NCBI GenBank assembly: GCA_030141605.1
Contig: JAQGDQ010000011.1
Coordinates: 616,066-680,065 of the forward strand
Origin: Tubiluchus corallicola
Lineage: Eukaryota > Animalia > Priapulida
Reading direction: 5' to 3'
DNA: 64,000 nt
The position numbers were made by a program, and so were the translations under genes. This document shows, piece by piece, positions 13,511-27,300 of this stretch. The stretch's first letter is position 1; the number at the start of each line of letters is the position of its first letter. The notes beneath the pieces were generated by a model, which saw only the letters and a list, made by a program, of their open reading frames with translations, did no database searches and had not been told where the DNA came from.

Positions 13511-14194
13511 AATCTTTTCAGCATGTTTCTTTCACAAATTATTGTAAAAACTTTGTACAAAACGTTTTCTGGTAATGATGTACTGAAGCCTACAGGCACA
13601 GCAGACAAGTAATAGATAGTAGTAAGCTTTTTCTTTTGGCTGAAGAATGAACTAATTTCTCAATATCTGATTTTGAGTTACAGTGTCTTTGCATTCTGCC
13701 AAGTGGGTCAAGATAAAATGATTAGGTACCAGGTTATACGTCGTCACAAAACTTCTCTATAAACGTCTAAAAAATCGATGTCCTAAGTAGAACGTGCAAG
13801 TTAGACAGATCTTTGGTTTTTAAACTAACCCTTTTTCTACTCTCACTACATCGAATATTCATTCAAGTCACAGCTGTCCAATCACATTTCAACTGTCATG
13901 GTTTCTGGAAGTTTTTAAAATAATTTGCAGTTTTTGCAATTCAAACACAGAAACCAAGTTTTCAATTAAGTGCGCCAATCATGAAACGTCGCATTTCCTT
14001 TATAGCGGAGTGAAATATACTCGCTTACATCTTTTGAACTGAATCGTAAAGCAACGGAATCTTTGAATGTTATGGCCTGTATATTAGCTGTGACCCGCAG
14101 TGCAATTTTAGAAATTGGAAATTTATGTCTTTGCTTTTTGCACATGCTGATAGTTTCTTGGCCAAGGGCTGAACATGTTTCGAAATCATCGTGA

Positions 14195-14990
14195 AAACGA
14201 AATCTATGGTCTGACGAACAACAGAGATTTGAGAGTACAAATACGAAGTATGGAAGGCTTAGATGCTAAATGTATTACTAGAATACAAAATTTACTTAGG
14301 CAACCTCTTAAACATTTAGTCCTCAGTAGCCTTGGTTATGGTAGGCGATGCCTTACTAATATTTTGGGCGGCGCAGAAAATTTGCGCCGAAGTTTAGACT
14401 ATAATAGCATTGGAAATAACTGCCCTATGGAAAGTTGAAATTGCACTGTGCAGTATTCCAGCACACTAACTTTTGGCTAACGTGATTGAAAGTTGCAAGT
14501 ATATAGCTTTAGTGAATCTTAAATTATGGTAAAAAAAGTTTTCGCAAAAATTAAATGCTTGAACAATGTCCGCTATACGTTGATTGAAAAAAAGCCACAG
14601 TAACTCGATGGTCTTCAACACAGAAAATTAAACGCTGATAAGGATCTTTTTGCTAAAAAAATTGCACTTAACCGCCTGGGCTACAGGAATTCTAGAATTC
14701 CCTTAAAGAGAAAGAAAGCGCCGTACAATGCAGAAGAACTAAGGGCAAAAACTGTTGAGTGCTGGAACCAAATGCCTCTTAAAGAAATGAAAAGCTCTTT
14801 TTGCAGTTGGAAGAAACAGCTTCGTCTAGTTTGCATTGAAAATAGTGGATACATTGAGCACTTGCACTATATAGCACGAAATTGGCATCTGGTACTTATT
14901 TTTTTGACCTGTTGATTTAAAACTAATGTATCTTTGGAAAAATATAAGAGGATGACCTAAAATTTTTGGTACGCACACATCACCTGCATT
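14195..14990 (+). mobile_element. Decayed Tc1/mariner-type transposase relic
   Basis: WSDE (tgg tct gac gaa, ~14207) and a C-terminal NAEELRAKTVECWNQMPLKE...SWKKQLRLVCIENSGYIEHL segment resembling the GGHIE-type end; interrupted by stops and frameshifts. Confidence 0.7.
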
Positions 14991-16625
14991 TGCAACATCA
15001 GGGTGGTAATTTCCAAGAGATTGTTATTTTCTTCTTATAATATTATAATTAAAACTTCGGCACATTTTTACGCCACCTGATATAAATAACTGCTTACACA
15101 TTTCGTTGAAGAACAACTAATGCACTTCTAACACACGTAACTGGTGCAAGCGCATGGCAACAAAATAGAAGGATTGAGAGACTAATATTAATTTGGGCTG
15201 TAAAATGAAAATTAATCCTTTTATTGCTACTGCTATCGGCTAACTCTTTTGTGTTGTCTTTCATGACTATAAACGTAATACCCACTGCCTTTGTCTTGCA
15301 CTGGTGTGTAGTTCAGATAATAGTTTAATGTGAAAATGAATCAATAGATGGAGCTGATTAGCATGCAGCAGTCCGCAAAATTATGCATCGAAGTTTTGTT
15401 TGCTTAACTAATTTAATTCGCCCAGCTGGGCGCCTTTGAATTGACATCTTTTAGCTGAATTTCGTCTAACTTTACAATTATGTAAAACAGCTTCGCAGGT
15501 TTTCATTATAGCAATTTGGTTGTCGTCATTGAATTATATTCCCGCCCCAGTCCGTGTCTGTGTTTGCTTCACACATTGCTCATTTAGTCACTTTTAGTGC
15601 TTTGAGCTTACCTTCTCAACCGTGTTGTTATACTTTTGTTTTTTTAATATCATTCTTCGTCATGTGTAATTAGCTAATAGCTCGGTCATTTAGTTTCTTA
15701 GGCTATTTTGTCAATAAGTTTAATAATATGTTTCTTTTGCTGAGGCAGTAGTGCACAACGGGAAGGTGAGTCAATGACATTTTGCCAATTGGCGCGAACA
15801 TTTTAAATTACTAAGGATTTTATTTTCCAGTTACATAAGCCTTTCAAACAGTAAGGGTAATGCTAAGTAATATAACTATATATAGAAAGTTTTTTGGGAT
15901 GTACTTTAAAATTCCCCTGTCTTCCCCTTTATTCGTGAGACCAGAGCACGTTTGGGATTTGAGTAAGCCTGTACTCAGTCTACCACAAGGTATGGTGACA
16001 TACGGTATTATTAGCACTCATGTGTCCCACTTAGTCGAGCGACAAATTAATAACATGATTATCTAAACTCGGCAATGCATGTGCAACAACGATATGATTA
16101 TCGTGCCTTTAACTCTTGAAAACTGAAAATTCCCTATAGTGGCACACTTGTAAGAGCACGAACATAAAGGAAAGGAACCCAGGGGAATGATCTGCTTACG
16201 GTATGACAGCAAATTTTCCAAGGCGAAAATGGTTTTCGCTACCATCATCATTATCGCCATCATAATCATCATTTTCTCATTCCGTCTGGACTTTTTCTTG
16301 TGGACATGCACTAAGTGGCTACTATGTTATATGAGAATGCAGCCAGCGTGATTATTAAGAACAAGAATAAGAATTCCATGTCTGCTGCAGCTAGTGCAAT
16401 GAATTGTTTGTAATTCTAAAGTTGCATTTAGTTGTAAAATTGTTGTAATTTCTTACTAAGTTAAGTGGGCCTTTCATAAAAAAGCTTTTTAAAATATTGT
16501 TTCCCGCAATTTCATAAAATCACTCTCCTGTTTTATTTTATGATATTGTATTGAATGCCGTGCTTGAGGTTTTTGCTTTAATCAGATGATTATTATAGAG
16601 TTTTGAAATTCTCAATGTCAACAAC

Positions 16626-16977
16626 AACATCAGTTTAATAAGTAGCCCACAATATAACATCTTTATTGGGCAAGTCAATGTTACCACTGAACACTAGCAG
16701 TCAACTCCAGGTGAAAAAGAATGATTTAAAAAATTCAGAACAAAACGAAAACATTACGACACAACTACGTGTATCTATGGAAACAATAATCATAGAGAAT
16801 CAAAAGATAATAAAAAACCATCAATAATGACTAATTAAAGAAACAATCTATGTAAATCATTCTTTATTAGTTGAAGGTGGAAAAGTTGTTTTTAGACATG
16901 ATAATTAGCCTTTAAAGTTTCTTAAATGAAAATGTTATAAAACTTTTTATATTGTGGGTTACTTATCAAACTGATGC
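16626..16977. mobile_element. MITE-like element with ~30 bp imperfect inverted repeats
   Basis: catcagtttaataagtagcccacaatataa pairs with ttatattgtgggttacttatcaaactgatg. Confidence 0.6.
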
Positions 16978-18368
16978 TTATTATAGCGACGCTGCGTTGT
17001 CAAAACTTACTGTCTCTCAAGCCCCAACTGTAAGAGCAACTATGAAGCTTATCAGAAAATTTTCCTTTCATTTTTTCAGAAACAGGCAAGATCAGTTGCC
17101 GCCATGTTGAAACTTTCGGCAGCCGTCTTATGGAAATGTGATATCGTGATTGTGCCAAGAATGAACTTTAAATTTAGATCATAATTATGCTGAAATATTG
17201 TTGATAAAAAACAGAAGTTACCTCTTTGTCTGTGAAGCATTACTGCTATGTAAACGTAAGAAGGTTTATTGCTCTAGAGATGTTGGTATGTGCCAGGTTA
17301 CAGCCATGTAGAGAAATGTCCCAGCGCAATGAGTAAATCTTTACTGAGGAAACCTTGATTACAGTTGCTAAAACAGGACTGCATTAAATCTTTTTCTATA
17401 GTGATGATGTTCTTTGTATAATACTATAACTATTATGGTTATTATTATTATTACATGTATCGAATATCACCCAGCTGTGTAATTCAGAAATGTACTTTTT
17501 TGTTTGGTGTTTTGCTTTCCTGTCTTGCGTTTTTGAAACATTGAGCTGCATGAGATCAGCTGAGTTAAGCTATGACGTGAAGAATAAAAGAGAAGGTATA
17601 TGTTTTATCTACAGAACAAAATTTAATAATAATTTTGGGCAACTCTTGCTTGTCAAAGCGATAAAATTGCATCTAAGACTTGACACTGGCGGCATCTGTT
17701 GTATAAAATGTGAAACAATATTCCGTTGCTCACTTAGCCAACGGAACGTCGCATCGTTATACTGAACAGAAATTACCTTGAGACAGGAAACTAACGTAGA
17801 AAAGTGATGCAGAAACGACGCAGCTATGCTACTGACACTGGCTTATGTTTTTACGTGGCTTTTCATAATGAAACAAAATTATGCAATTATGAATCTTACA
17901 AAAATATAAACACGTTAACGTTTATTGGATTTGATCCTCGCCAGAAACAGGGACCCACGAATAAATGTGAACCATGAAAAGCACCGTGTAAAAACCAGCA
18001 TCATCAACAAAGACTAGCTGACTGTTATGAATTCACTTTTATTGGATATGTACATAGCTTAACATCAGTAATCAATTCTGCTGATAAATTATAATCTTCT
18101 GGTTCCAAGGCACGTCTTCATCACTAAGCCTATACAACAGTGAAGGGCAATAAACAATTACATACCTTCAAAGTCTTACATACCTTCAAGATTTTTTTCT
18201 GCACAAGAAATCGCACATAGGTTCCACTCGCATGAAAAATTCAATGATTCTGATTCTTTATGTACACAAAAATAAGTTGTGCACAAATTAAAAATACTTT
18301 ATGTACACAAATTAACAGCTATGATTATATACAGTTAGCCAATTAGTACTTCATTACGTAAAATTACA

Positions 18369-18707
18369 TCTTGTTATAAAACAGCAAAAGGCGTGTTTGT
18401 ATGTGTCCACGCTAGACCTCCACATCCACGCCACGCCACGCCCAGCGGAATTTTTTATGCCAATGTAACAGAGGTGCAATGGAGGATGGTCCTACAGGTA
18501 ATCGTTTTTCGAAAAATTATTTTTCGCTCGAAATATGATCGATTTTCTGACGGTTAAATATTGTTTCAGCGGGAAAAATTCTTTGAATGCTATGACGTCA
18601 ATAAACATCAACGAATGACAGCAGTACTGTTTTCTAATTAAACTCTACTGCTTTTTAATAGTTTCAAATATTAACAAAAAACTTCGTGGGGTCACGGGTA
18701 AAGCTAA
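18369..18707 (+). mobile_element. Non-autonomous Helitron-like element
   Basis: Starts a|TC ttgttataaaacagc...gtgtttgtatgtgtcc. Ends with a short GC hairpin cgtggggtcacg followed by ggtaaagCTAA (CTRR-like terminus). Confidence 0.55.
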
Positions 18708-18719
18708 ATAATTAGAATG

Positions 18720-18904
<185 letters not shown>

Positions 18905-19260
18905 CTGTTTAACTAATCTTATTACACTATCATTATAATTGCAGCTCACAATGATAATTAATCCTGACGCATGATAATTATTTTTCTCCAAATACAGCTA
19001 AACGACAACGATGACAACGATAATGGTGATGACCATGATCCTGCTGACAATGGTGACGACAATCTACGAAAACAATGCACTGCGATAATGATGATGATCA
19101 ATTTCATCATAATAAATTATATATCAGTTTATAAGCAGTTTATAAATACGTAAGCGCAGATAGATGCATGTATGCAGACAACATTATTATACATGTATGC
19201 ATAGGTTCAAACCTGATCTGTACACTAACCATAGTCGCACAAGTGCGTCATAAACAGCCA

Positions 19261-19661
19261 TTAAATGGTACGTATTTCTTTAAAAATTTGGTAACCAGAA
19301 GACAAATATACGTCACATCCTGGAGCAGTGCATTTCCGGGCATATCCTTGTGGAGAAATATGTGACGTCATCCCGTTACCGTCACTTCTCAGTAGCACAA
19401 ACACGTCCGTGCTTATCTTTTCAACAGTTTCTTTCAACATAATCTTGCCTATTGGGTAAATTGAGCACTCGTCATCAAACAAAATGTAGACGGCGTTTGC
19501 CTTGGCAGACATCTTAACTACATCACGACCAATACGGGCTAGCAGACCCAGTGGCACATTGACGTCACAACATTTTCTGCGTTTCACGACTAGAAGAGCC
19601 TTCTCTATTCTGTTAGACACCTCATGGTCATCCATTGTCAGGCGAGGTTCAGTAATTGTTG
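19261..19661 (-). CDS. DDIT4/REDD1 (RTP801, scylla/charybde) family protein, divergent; terminal exon
   Basis: RIEKALLVVKRRKCCDVNVPLGLLARIGRDVVKMS matches the family pattern C.EV.vP..Ll.RIa.Di..m. VFVLLRSD and LSSGYQIFKE match the C-terminal l.LR.d and lS.Gf.l.Kk motifs. The acceptor ttatttcag precedes 19661 and the frame is open to the ATG at 19635. A phase-compatible upstream exon may lie at 21889-21871 (MSLEDA t|GTAAGT). Confidence 0.75.
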
Positions 19662-21120
19662 CTGAAATAATATAAAATACTATACAGAAAAAGTCATACA
19701 GAAACTTTTGTAAACTAAACTGATCTGTTGTTTAAAGTCACTTTGCGAAGTTTTAGTTTTGCATAAAGTAGAAAGGAAATATTCAAACAAAGTTTTTCTG
19801 ATACTTTTGAGACTAGCTAGTAAATGGATGGGTGAATGGCAGAAAAAGTGCTTAGGGGCTGTTTCGCTTGCTATGCTCCTACACCTCTATAGGCCTACAC
19901 CTCTTAAAGTGGCTGAGACATTTCTCCTGGTTCATTGTCTTGACGTAAATGATTACACGGGGTACAAAAGGTTCCTGTTCCACTACAATCTTGTTTGACA
20001 TTAAGTAGGTCTTGGTCTTAAGCTGAGTGCTCGATTCCAGCTTACAGAGTGCAACTGTATCAAAAAGCGTGCAGTATGCATGTAATTTTACTGATAATAC
20101 AACAACAAGTATTCTATTTACGAATACTGTACAGACTGAAACTTCTGTATGGTTCCTATTCATTTTTTAGAAAAGTCTCTTCAACATAATTTTCCATATA
20201 TATATATATCAGTCTATATCAACAAACTTTCAGTGAAAATTGCAGCAAAATTTCAGTGGCTCTTAACCCATTTCTCTACCAAACGCTAAATATTTCAAGA
20301 CTCACTATTGTGCTGTAAGTTTAGCATGTTTTCTCGACCTGCTTGTCTCGTATTGATAAAGAAAAGTTCGTATCCAATGATAAACGTTATACTAACCCAC
20401 ATTTTCAGCTCTAGCGGGTTGCAGATCGTCTAGCTCTGTCATCACAATGTGTGGAGTGATAGCACCTACCAAATGTTCAAGCAATTTGCCAACTTTAGTA
20501 CAAACTTTCATGATTTTTTGTGCAATTCCACTACCTAACTCATCCTCAAAATTCATGCTGGCATCTCCTATTTTTGTTCTTTACCAAAAACCTTCGTCTC
20601 TGTTGAAGCTTTGCTTGTCCAAGACGTCTGACCATTCTGTTCTTTTTTCTGTATCAATAAACCACTGAACCGTCTTCGATATTCTTAAAATTCTTTTGCT
20701 TTGCGGTTTTACTGTCTCAATTTTTTGCAAAAGCTTTTAAGATATTGTCTTTCAGTTTTCTACGTTACACACCTTTCTTTAGAAGACAAGAAAGCTGTGT
20801 GTGAATAGCAGAGTTTCTGTTGCTTTCTTATGAACAACTAGGAAATCTCTTTTTAGCTGTTTTTGAGAAGCTTGCCCATTTCGCGGTTTTAAAAACCGTT
20901 TTTCAAACATAATTTTTAAATGTGCAGCGCTCTGTCATCTAACATAGAAATTTCTTTTGTGAATTTGCTGATGCTTGCTTGTAAAGCACCTATAACGGAC
21001 GTGCCTTATCTTCAAATCCTCAATGGGAAATCCTGCGTGAAAAACGCACTCCTCTGTGATAAATAGTAAAACTTATCAAACAGTAAAATTTGTCAAACCA
21101 AGCTTGCGCTTTATTTATCA

Positions 21121-21163
<43 letters not shown>

Positions 21164-24100
21164 TAATAATCACTAATATTGAAGATTCGATACACACCAT
21201 ACAATTGTTTACGTGCCTGTGAAATACGTACTTCACGTTACAAGCCATTAAGATCATATCTCAAGGCCGGGTAATGACTTCAGCAGTGAAAGTCTTGGTG
21301 CAAATGTCTTTGACTGATAAGATGTCAATGTTTAGAGTTAAATGCCCGGCATGTCGTGAAAGTTATTTGACTTATTAATAATAATAACAGTTTGTTGTTT
21401 ACATTAATAGTAGTTATTTATACACAGTTGGTCAGTATAACAAGTTATCATAATCATTTCAGTTAGAATAACTTGACAATATTGTTTCGAATTATTGCCC
21501 GTACAGTATATAGACATTTACTGTTGTCTACATTTGTAACAGAGCTTACCAAGAAGCTATCATGACGTCAGTGAACCACTATCCCAAAATGCATCATTAG
21601 CTGAGAAAAATAATTTTGATCAAATTTTTTGACAAATAGGCCTAAATGTAAACCATTTTTTCTAAATCTGAGATTGTGCATTGTCAGTCCTTTGATCACT
21701 TTTTTACAAAATATAAAAGTGCTAACAGAACTCGATGCGTTTTTTAATAGACGATCCATCATTAAAATAGCTGTGTCTAGTAGCCAGAAAGGAAGTTCAA
21801 GTTTTACAGAATGCTGTTCATAACTTGAATTCAACGTACTGTAAGTATTACTTCTTACAGTAATACTTACATGCATCTTCAAGACTCATACTACCGTTCT
21901 CGGATTTTTTTTCTTTCCCATGCAAATGATGCAATATTGAAAAACCTATATTACAGCGTACCAGTTGAAGATATAGTGTAACAGATTGAGGAATCAAGCA
22001 CAGTTACAAGGAGTAAGGCCAACTGCAATGAAAACGCACATTACACCTCTTGAGCCTCCACTGAATAAAAGCGAGGGGCTCGTTAAGACGACGGCAAATA
22101 ATTTTATTTTTAAATAAAACTATTTTTTATCATCACAGAGATCAAATACTAAATGACAATTGTGAATGTGACTATAGAGAACAACAAACTGCTGAACGCT
22201 TGATATTTTGTTGTAGATTGATAAATGAAGATAACAGGGTGATCACTGTGTGAGCAAATTCCTTATTTGAAGAGAGAGATAATAAGTGAAAGGAACATTC
22301 ATGAATGTAAAATTTTCACAAATATTGTAAATTAAATAATCGTGAAAAAACTATTATAATGTGGACAAATAATGTTGCAAATATTAGTCTGCATAAATGG
22401 TTTGTCTTCTTTTTTTAGATAAAACATTATTGTAAGGTATAATTTTAAGCCTGGTAAAATTAATGAAAATTCTGTGAATTTTCTTACGTTGTTTTTCATA
22501 ACCTTAAGCCTTCATCCATTTAAAAGTTCAACGAAATAAACAATGTTATAACGTGTTTTTTAAAAATCTTCCCTACAAGTAGAGGGGTTGTAAATAACCT
22601 TTTTTTTCAAGTAAAGATGTCCTGTGTGACTATGTCCACAAATTTCCATACTTTTTATTGTTTACTTCGCCTTGAAATATTTTTGTTGGCTGAATCTTGA
22701 AATGTTTCAAGGTCAGTTGTTTTGTTGCATAGAAAAATTCACCAAACTTAAAAAAAACAAAATAGCTAAGTTTTAGTGAAGCTATATATAGACTTACTAT
22801 TTATAGTCACAGACAAAGTAAAACAACTCTAACACGTGTAGTTTTACAGGAAATTATTATAGAAGAAAAATCTACGCTTTATTGAGTTCATTTACATCTA
22901 GATACATAAATTTTACACATAACACGAACACACAAAATATACACAAAATAGAAAAGTATGTACAACAAACACAATGTACGCAAATAGTAGCTATGATAAC
23001 ACTAGATACTACAGAATAATTATTATTTGTTATTAAGATAGGCCATTTACATACCCATTAATGAATCTACGCAATTATTTAGATCATTTTTGTCTTCATA
23101 GACTTGTGTAAAAATTTTATATAGGAACTTATTAATGATATTATAATACTGACTTAGTACATTAATAACATAAGTTTACATTAATAAACTATAATCACAC
23201 AATTATATTGCAAAGTGTAAAGTTTTAGCATCTACACAATGTAGTGTATATTCTTCTAAGATGTACATAATTTACTATGTGTACCATTAAGATGTGCACA
23301 AAGCACTCTACATAAGCCTACTTTTAACACCTGAACAATGTACTGAGCACATTTTTAAAATGCGTGCAAGACGTATGTGCACTTTTAATGGGCGCACAAT
23401 ACGCACAACGCACTTTATATTCTTAACATGTACATAGCGTACTATATGTTCATTTGATATGATAGCTTTCAAAAATAATTATTAAATATTTATATAAAAA
23501 CACTTCTTGTAGAGCACCTGTGGCGGCTTGCTTAATACCAAGCTTTACTTTGAGCAAAAACAGGTGAACAAATTTTTTTTAAATTGTTAAAACTATTTGG
23601 TGTGTTAGTTTATAAATAGACCGAAATTAATTTTTAATCATTTTCAATTTCAAAATGCATTGTTCCGAAATGTCTACACAATTTAGCAGAAGCAACGCTT
23701 TTCCTCGTACAAAAAATCAATAAATAAAAGCGTGACAAGTTGAGATCCTTTTGAGATATTAGCCAAATTAATTGATTATTCAAATTTTCATTAATTTTTG
23801 TTATGAAAATAACAACTACCACCACTCGAGCAAAGACGTGGCTACTTATTCAAACACAAACACATTATTGCGTAATCGTGGCCATGTTGTGCAGATTAAT
23901 ATAGAATTTATGTTAACTTTCGCCAACCTAAACTCAGTCACTTTTACAATACAGTGTGACATAGAATTTTATTAAAATATGCTGAAATTACTGTAATCTT
24001 GAACATGAAAAATTAAATAAGTATTGCTGTTCTAACAGAAGAATTTCTGTAGTCTAGCGAAGTAAAACGAAATGAATTGTTGGTATTGATCACTTTGGAT

Positions 24101-24316
24101 TATTGGAATTCGGTGTTACCGTGTTCAGAGTTGTATTCATATAATTACAATAGAAATTAAGCACGTGACTTCACGCGCCTAGAATTTGGTTAATCATTGT
24201 GAAGCTATGTTCCTTGGCGTCACCTTGGAAAACAGCATTGTTAGCTTCCTAACTCAACTTTCTCAGGTAGGTTACATGTACCTTTATGTTTCACATTCTG
24301 AGAAGCCTATTTTGTA

Positions 24317-27300
24317 TTATACGGTCTTAGAGCTAACATATCCTTCTACTGGCCTCGGGGAGTCGCCCCCTACTAGCTGAGAAGGTTGTCCACTGTACTG
24401 ACTATTACTTTGGGGGCTACTCTGTCCAATGTACTGAGGGCTGGCTTGGGGAGCACCTTGTCCAACGTATTGGGAGCCACCTTGTGGAATATTCTGATTT
24501 ACGTATTGGGAGTTACCTTGTGCAATGTATTGTGGGTTGGCTTGTGGGCTATCTTGTCCAACGTACTGAGGGCTTCCTTGTGGGCTACCTTGCCCAACGT
24601 ACTGAGGGCTTCCTTGTGGGCTACCTTGTCCAATGTATTGCGGGCCACCTTGCCCAACGTACTGTGGACTACCTTGTCCAGCGTATTGGGGAGGGACTTG
24701 TTGATATGTTGCGGATTCTGGTGCATAGCTATAAGCATTTTGAGAGTTGGGAAGAACATACGCCTGACCAGTGTATTCAACATCGGATTGAGGTTGTCGC
24801 TGAACAGGTGGATTTGGCGATCCATCGACATAAGGTTGAGGACCATAATAGTTCTTCTGTGGTAGGGAATTAGGTGATGCATAACTGTTACCTTGGTAGT
24901 AAGAATTGGGATTCGGAACTTGGCGCTGTTGTGTGTACTGTATTCTTGGCTGTCCATAGAGTGTAGCTTCCTGTGGTTGTGACGCCGGGCTTTGTCCAGC
25001 ACCTTCGTAATAATTACCACCTCTGCTGACCGGTGGTTGAGATCTAGATCTTCCGTTTACATACTGGTTTCCTCCTGTAACTTCTTCACCAGTAGGAACG
25101 TATTGATCTCCAGCTCGAGATCGTCCACCTCTTCCACGATCGAGGGAGGATCTGGATCGACTAAAAGCTTTAAGAGCATTGCTGACTTGCTGCTGCCGTC
25201 GCTCCACATCAAGCATGTAATCCATAAAGTTGCTTGAAATTGCTGGATTCACGCATTCTCTCTCAAGGTCGCTGATGGTTAGACATCTAGATGGATGAAC
25301 TTGGGATACCTAAAAATAGACAGACAATTAAAGGTACCGCAAGTTGTATAAACAGCGTGGCATTGCATAGGAAGCTTCATTGGCCACCTATTAACAATAA
25401 AAACAAGATAAGGCGATATAAAGCGATATAAACTGACGCCCTTTATGAAATTTGTAAAAAAAAAACGAATATGTTTTTCTGCACATTGGAAAGAAGCTCC
25501 AACCCGGGTATCAATCCAGAAAGATCAGATAGCTAATCTTACTTGACATCCATATCATACTAGTGACATTAACAGCAAAACAAGCATCTGAGTTCCAATT
25601 ATTTACAAAAAGTAAACTTACTTGTCCATAAATTAGTCTCAAGTCTGACCACTTCAGAATATCCCCCTTGTTGTGTGTGGCGGAATTGGCCAAAACAGCG
25701 ATCTGAAATAGACAGAGTTTAATAAGATTAATTTTTTTCAAGTGCAAAGCTTATGTCCGTAAGGAGGCAATGAATTCGATATAAAAAACAATAATAATAG
25801 GAATAAGTCAAGACGTTGCTGATAAGTTAATGGTGGCAGCCGTAAACGGTATGGTGTGTATGTAGCAGAGAAACTAGAGTATACTATGTGTGTAGCAGAG
25901 AAACCAAGCTAAACCAAAATTATCCCACATAGATGTCTCTACTGAAAAATAGCCTATAAAATAAGAACTCACATTACATATGGAGCGATTTACACAAGTG
26001 CAAACAACGTGTCAGCAACAGCGATTTTTAAATGGCAAAACGAAATAGCAAATGTTTACAATTAGTACAGGAATCGCATTCTGTTGTGTTTGTTTTACTG
26101 AGTAAATTTGTTGCAAACTTGTCACATTTTTCGTCCGTGGAAATAATGTAAAGCCACTGCCCCACCTGTAGCATTTAGTGAGTATTTTTGTCGTTTCCTC
26201 ATTGGGACACCTTACCCGCTTAATGTCTGTAAATCCACCAAAGATGTTCAAATCAGAGATGATACCACGAAACCATTGCCCGTTGCTGTCGATGCACTTT
26301 CCAACTGCGCCAAACACTTGTCTGTAGCCAAAGCCTTTGAGCTTCTGTGGAGTGAAGTCCAAAGCTGGCTGACCGGCATTATCTATGGTGATCGTTTCGC
26401 CAAAGTTCTGAAATTAAAGTCCGTCGTTTGAATTCGAGCAGAGTGATACTTTCGCAAGACCATAATTTTAAATGAGAACAATTCATTCAGGCAAACAAGC
26501 GACTTTCTAAAACAACTACACTGCATGGTCAGGCAACATTAACTGATGACCGATGCGTATACTTACGATGACATCAGAACGTGATCATTACAAAATAAAC
26601 TACATAATAAATGATAGCAATAAGTAAAATCTATCTAACAAAAAAATCAATGAAAAATTAATGAAAAAATTAATCAAAGATTTTTTGTATGAAACTTAAA
26701 GGTCTTTGGTTCAAATCGAGACGCAGCCCCGACTTTTCCACATTGCTTTTCTTTTTTGGCCATGTTTGGTTTTATAAATTAATAACTATTGTTGTTTATG
26801 CGATTATTTATGACTGCCTTGATTAACTACAACTTCGTGCAGTCATGTTGGCAAGAAAGATTGCAGCACTTCTTCTCAATAGAAGAAATTTTCAACTCAA
26901 GCGCTCAAAAGCGCCACCTTCAAAGAGGACACATTTCCCAGTCAAAACTCACCTTGATTCCACCATCAAAGTGTGCATAAGCGACGTCATTTTCTCCATC
27001 CATTGTGAGACAAACATGTCTGCACTGACCATCATCACCCTTCCTGAACTGTATGGTCCTGAAATGATTAAAAACAGGGTCATCAACGCTTGCCTGGTGT
27101 ACAGCCTATGATTTTTTTATGTCTGTCAATTGATTACGAAAGCTTCATGATGTTTTTAATTGCTAATGCTACGTTAAATAAAGCATGATTGAACAGATCA
27201 ACAAACCAACCAAATTGGAAATGCTGAATTTGGTCAACCAGTCATAAGGATGAATTTTGGACTGCCTTAGTCATTGCTGAATACTTTACCCTAGTGGTCT

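Noticed and set aside
17098-17183. gccgccATG followed by a 26-codon ORF
   Set aside because: Very short, with no downstream exon support; the motif equally fits a YY1-type site.
24380-24700. CRISPR-like spaced repeats
   Set aside because: Units are contiguous multiples of 3 inside a eukaryotic exon, with no unique spacers and no cas genes.
24386-25237. ORFs overlapping the Q/Y/G/P exon on the other strand or frames
   Set aside because: Shadows of the repetitive coding exon on the minus strand.
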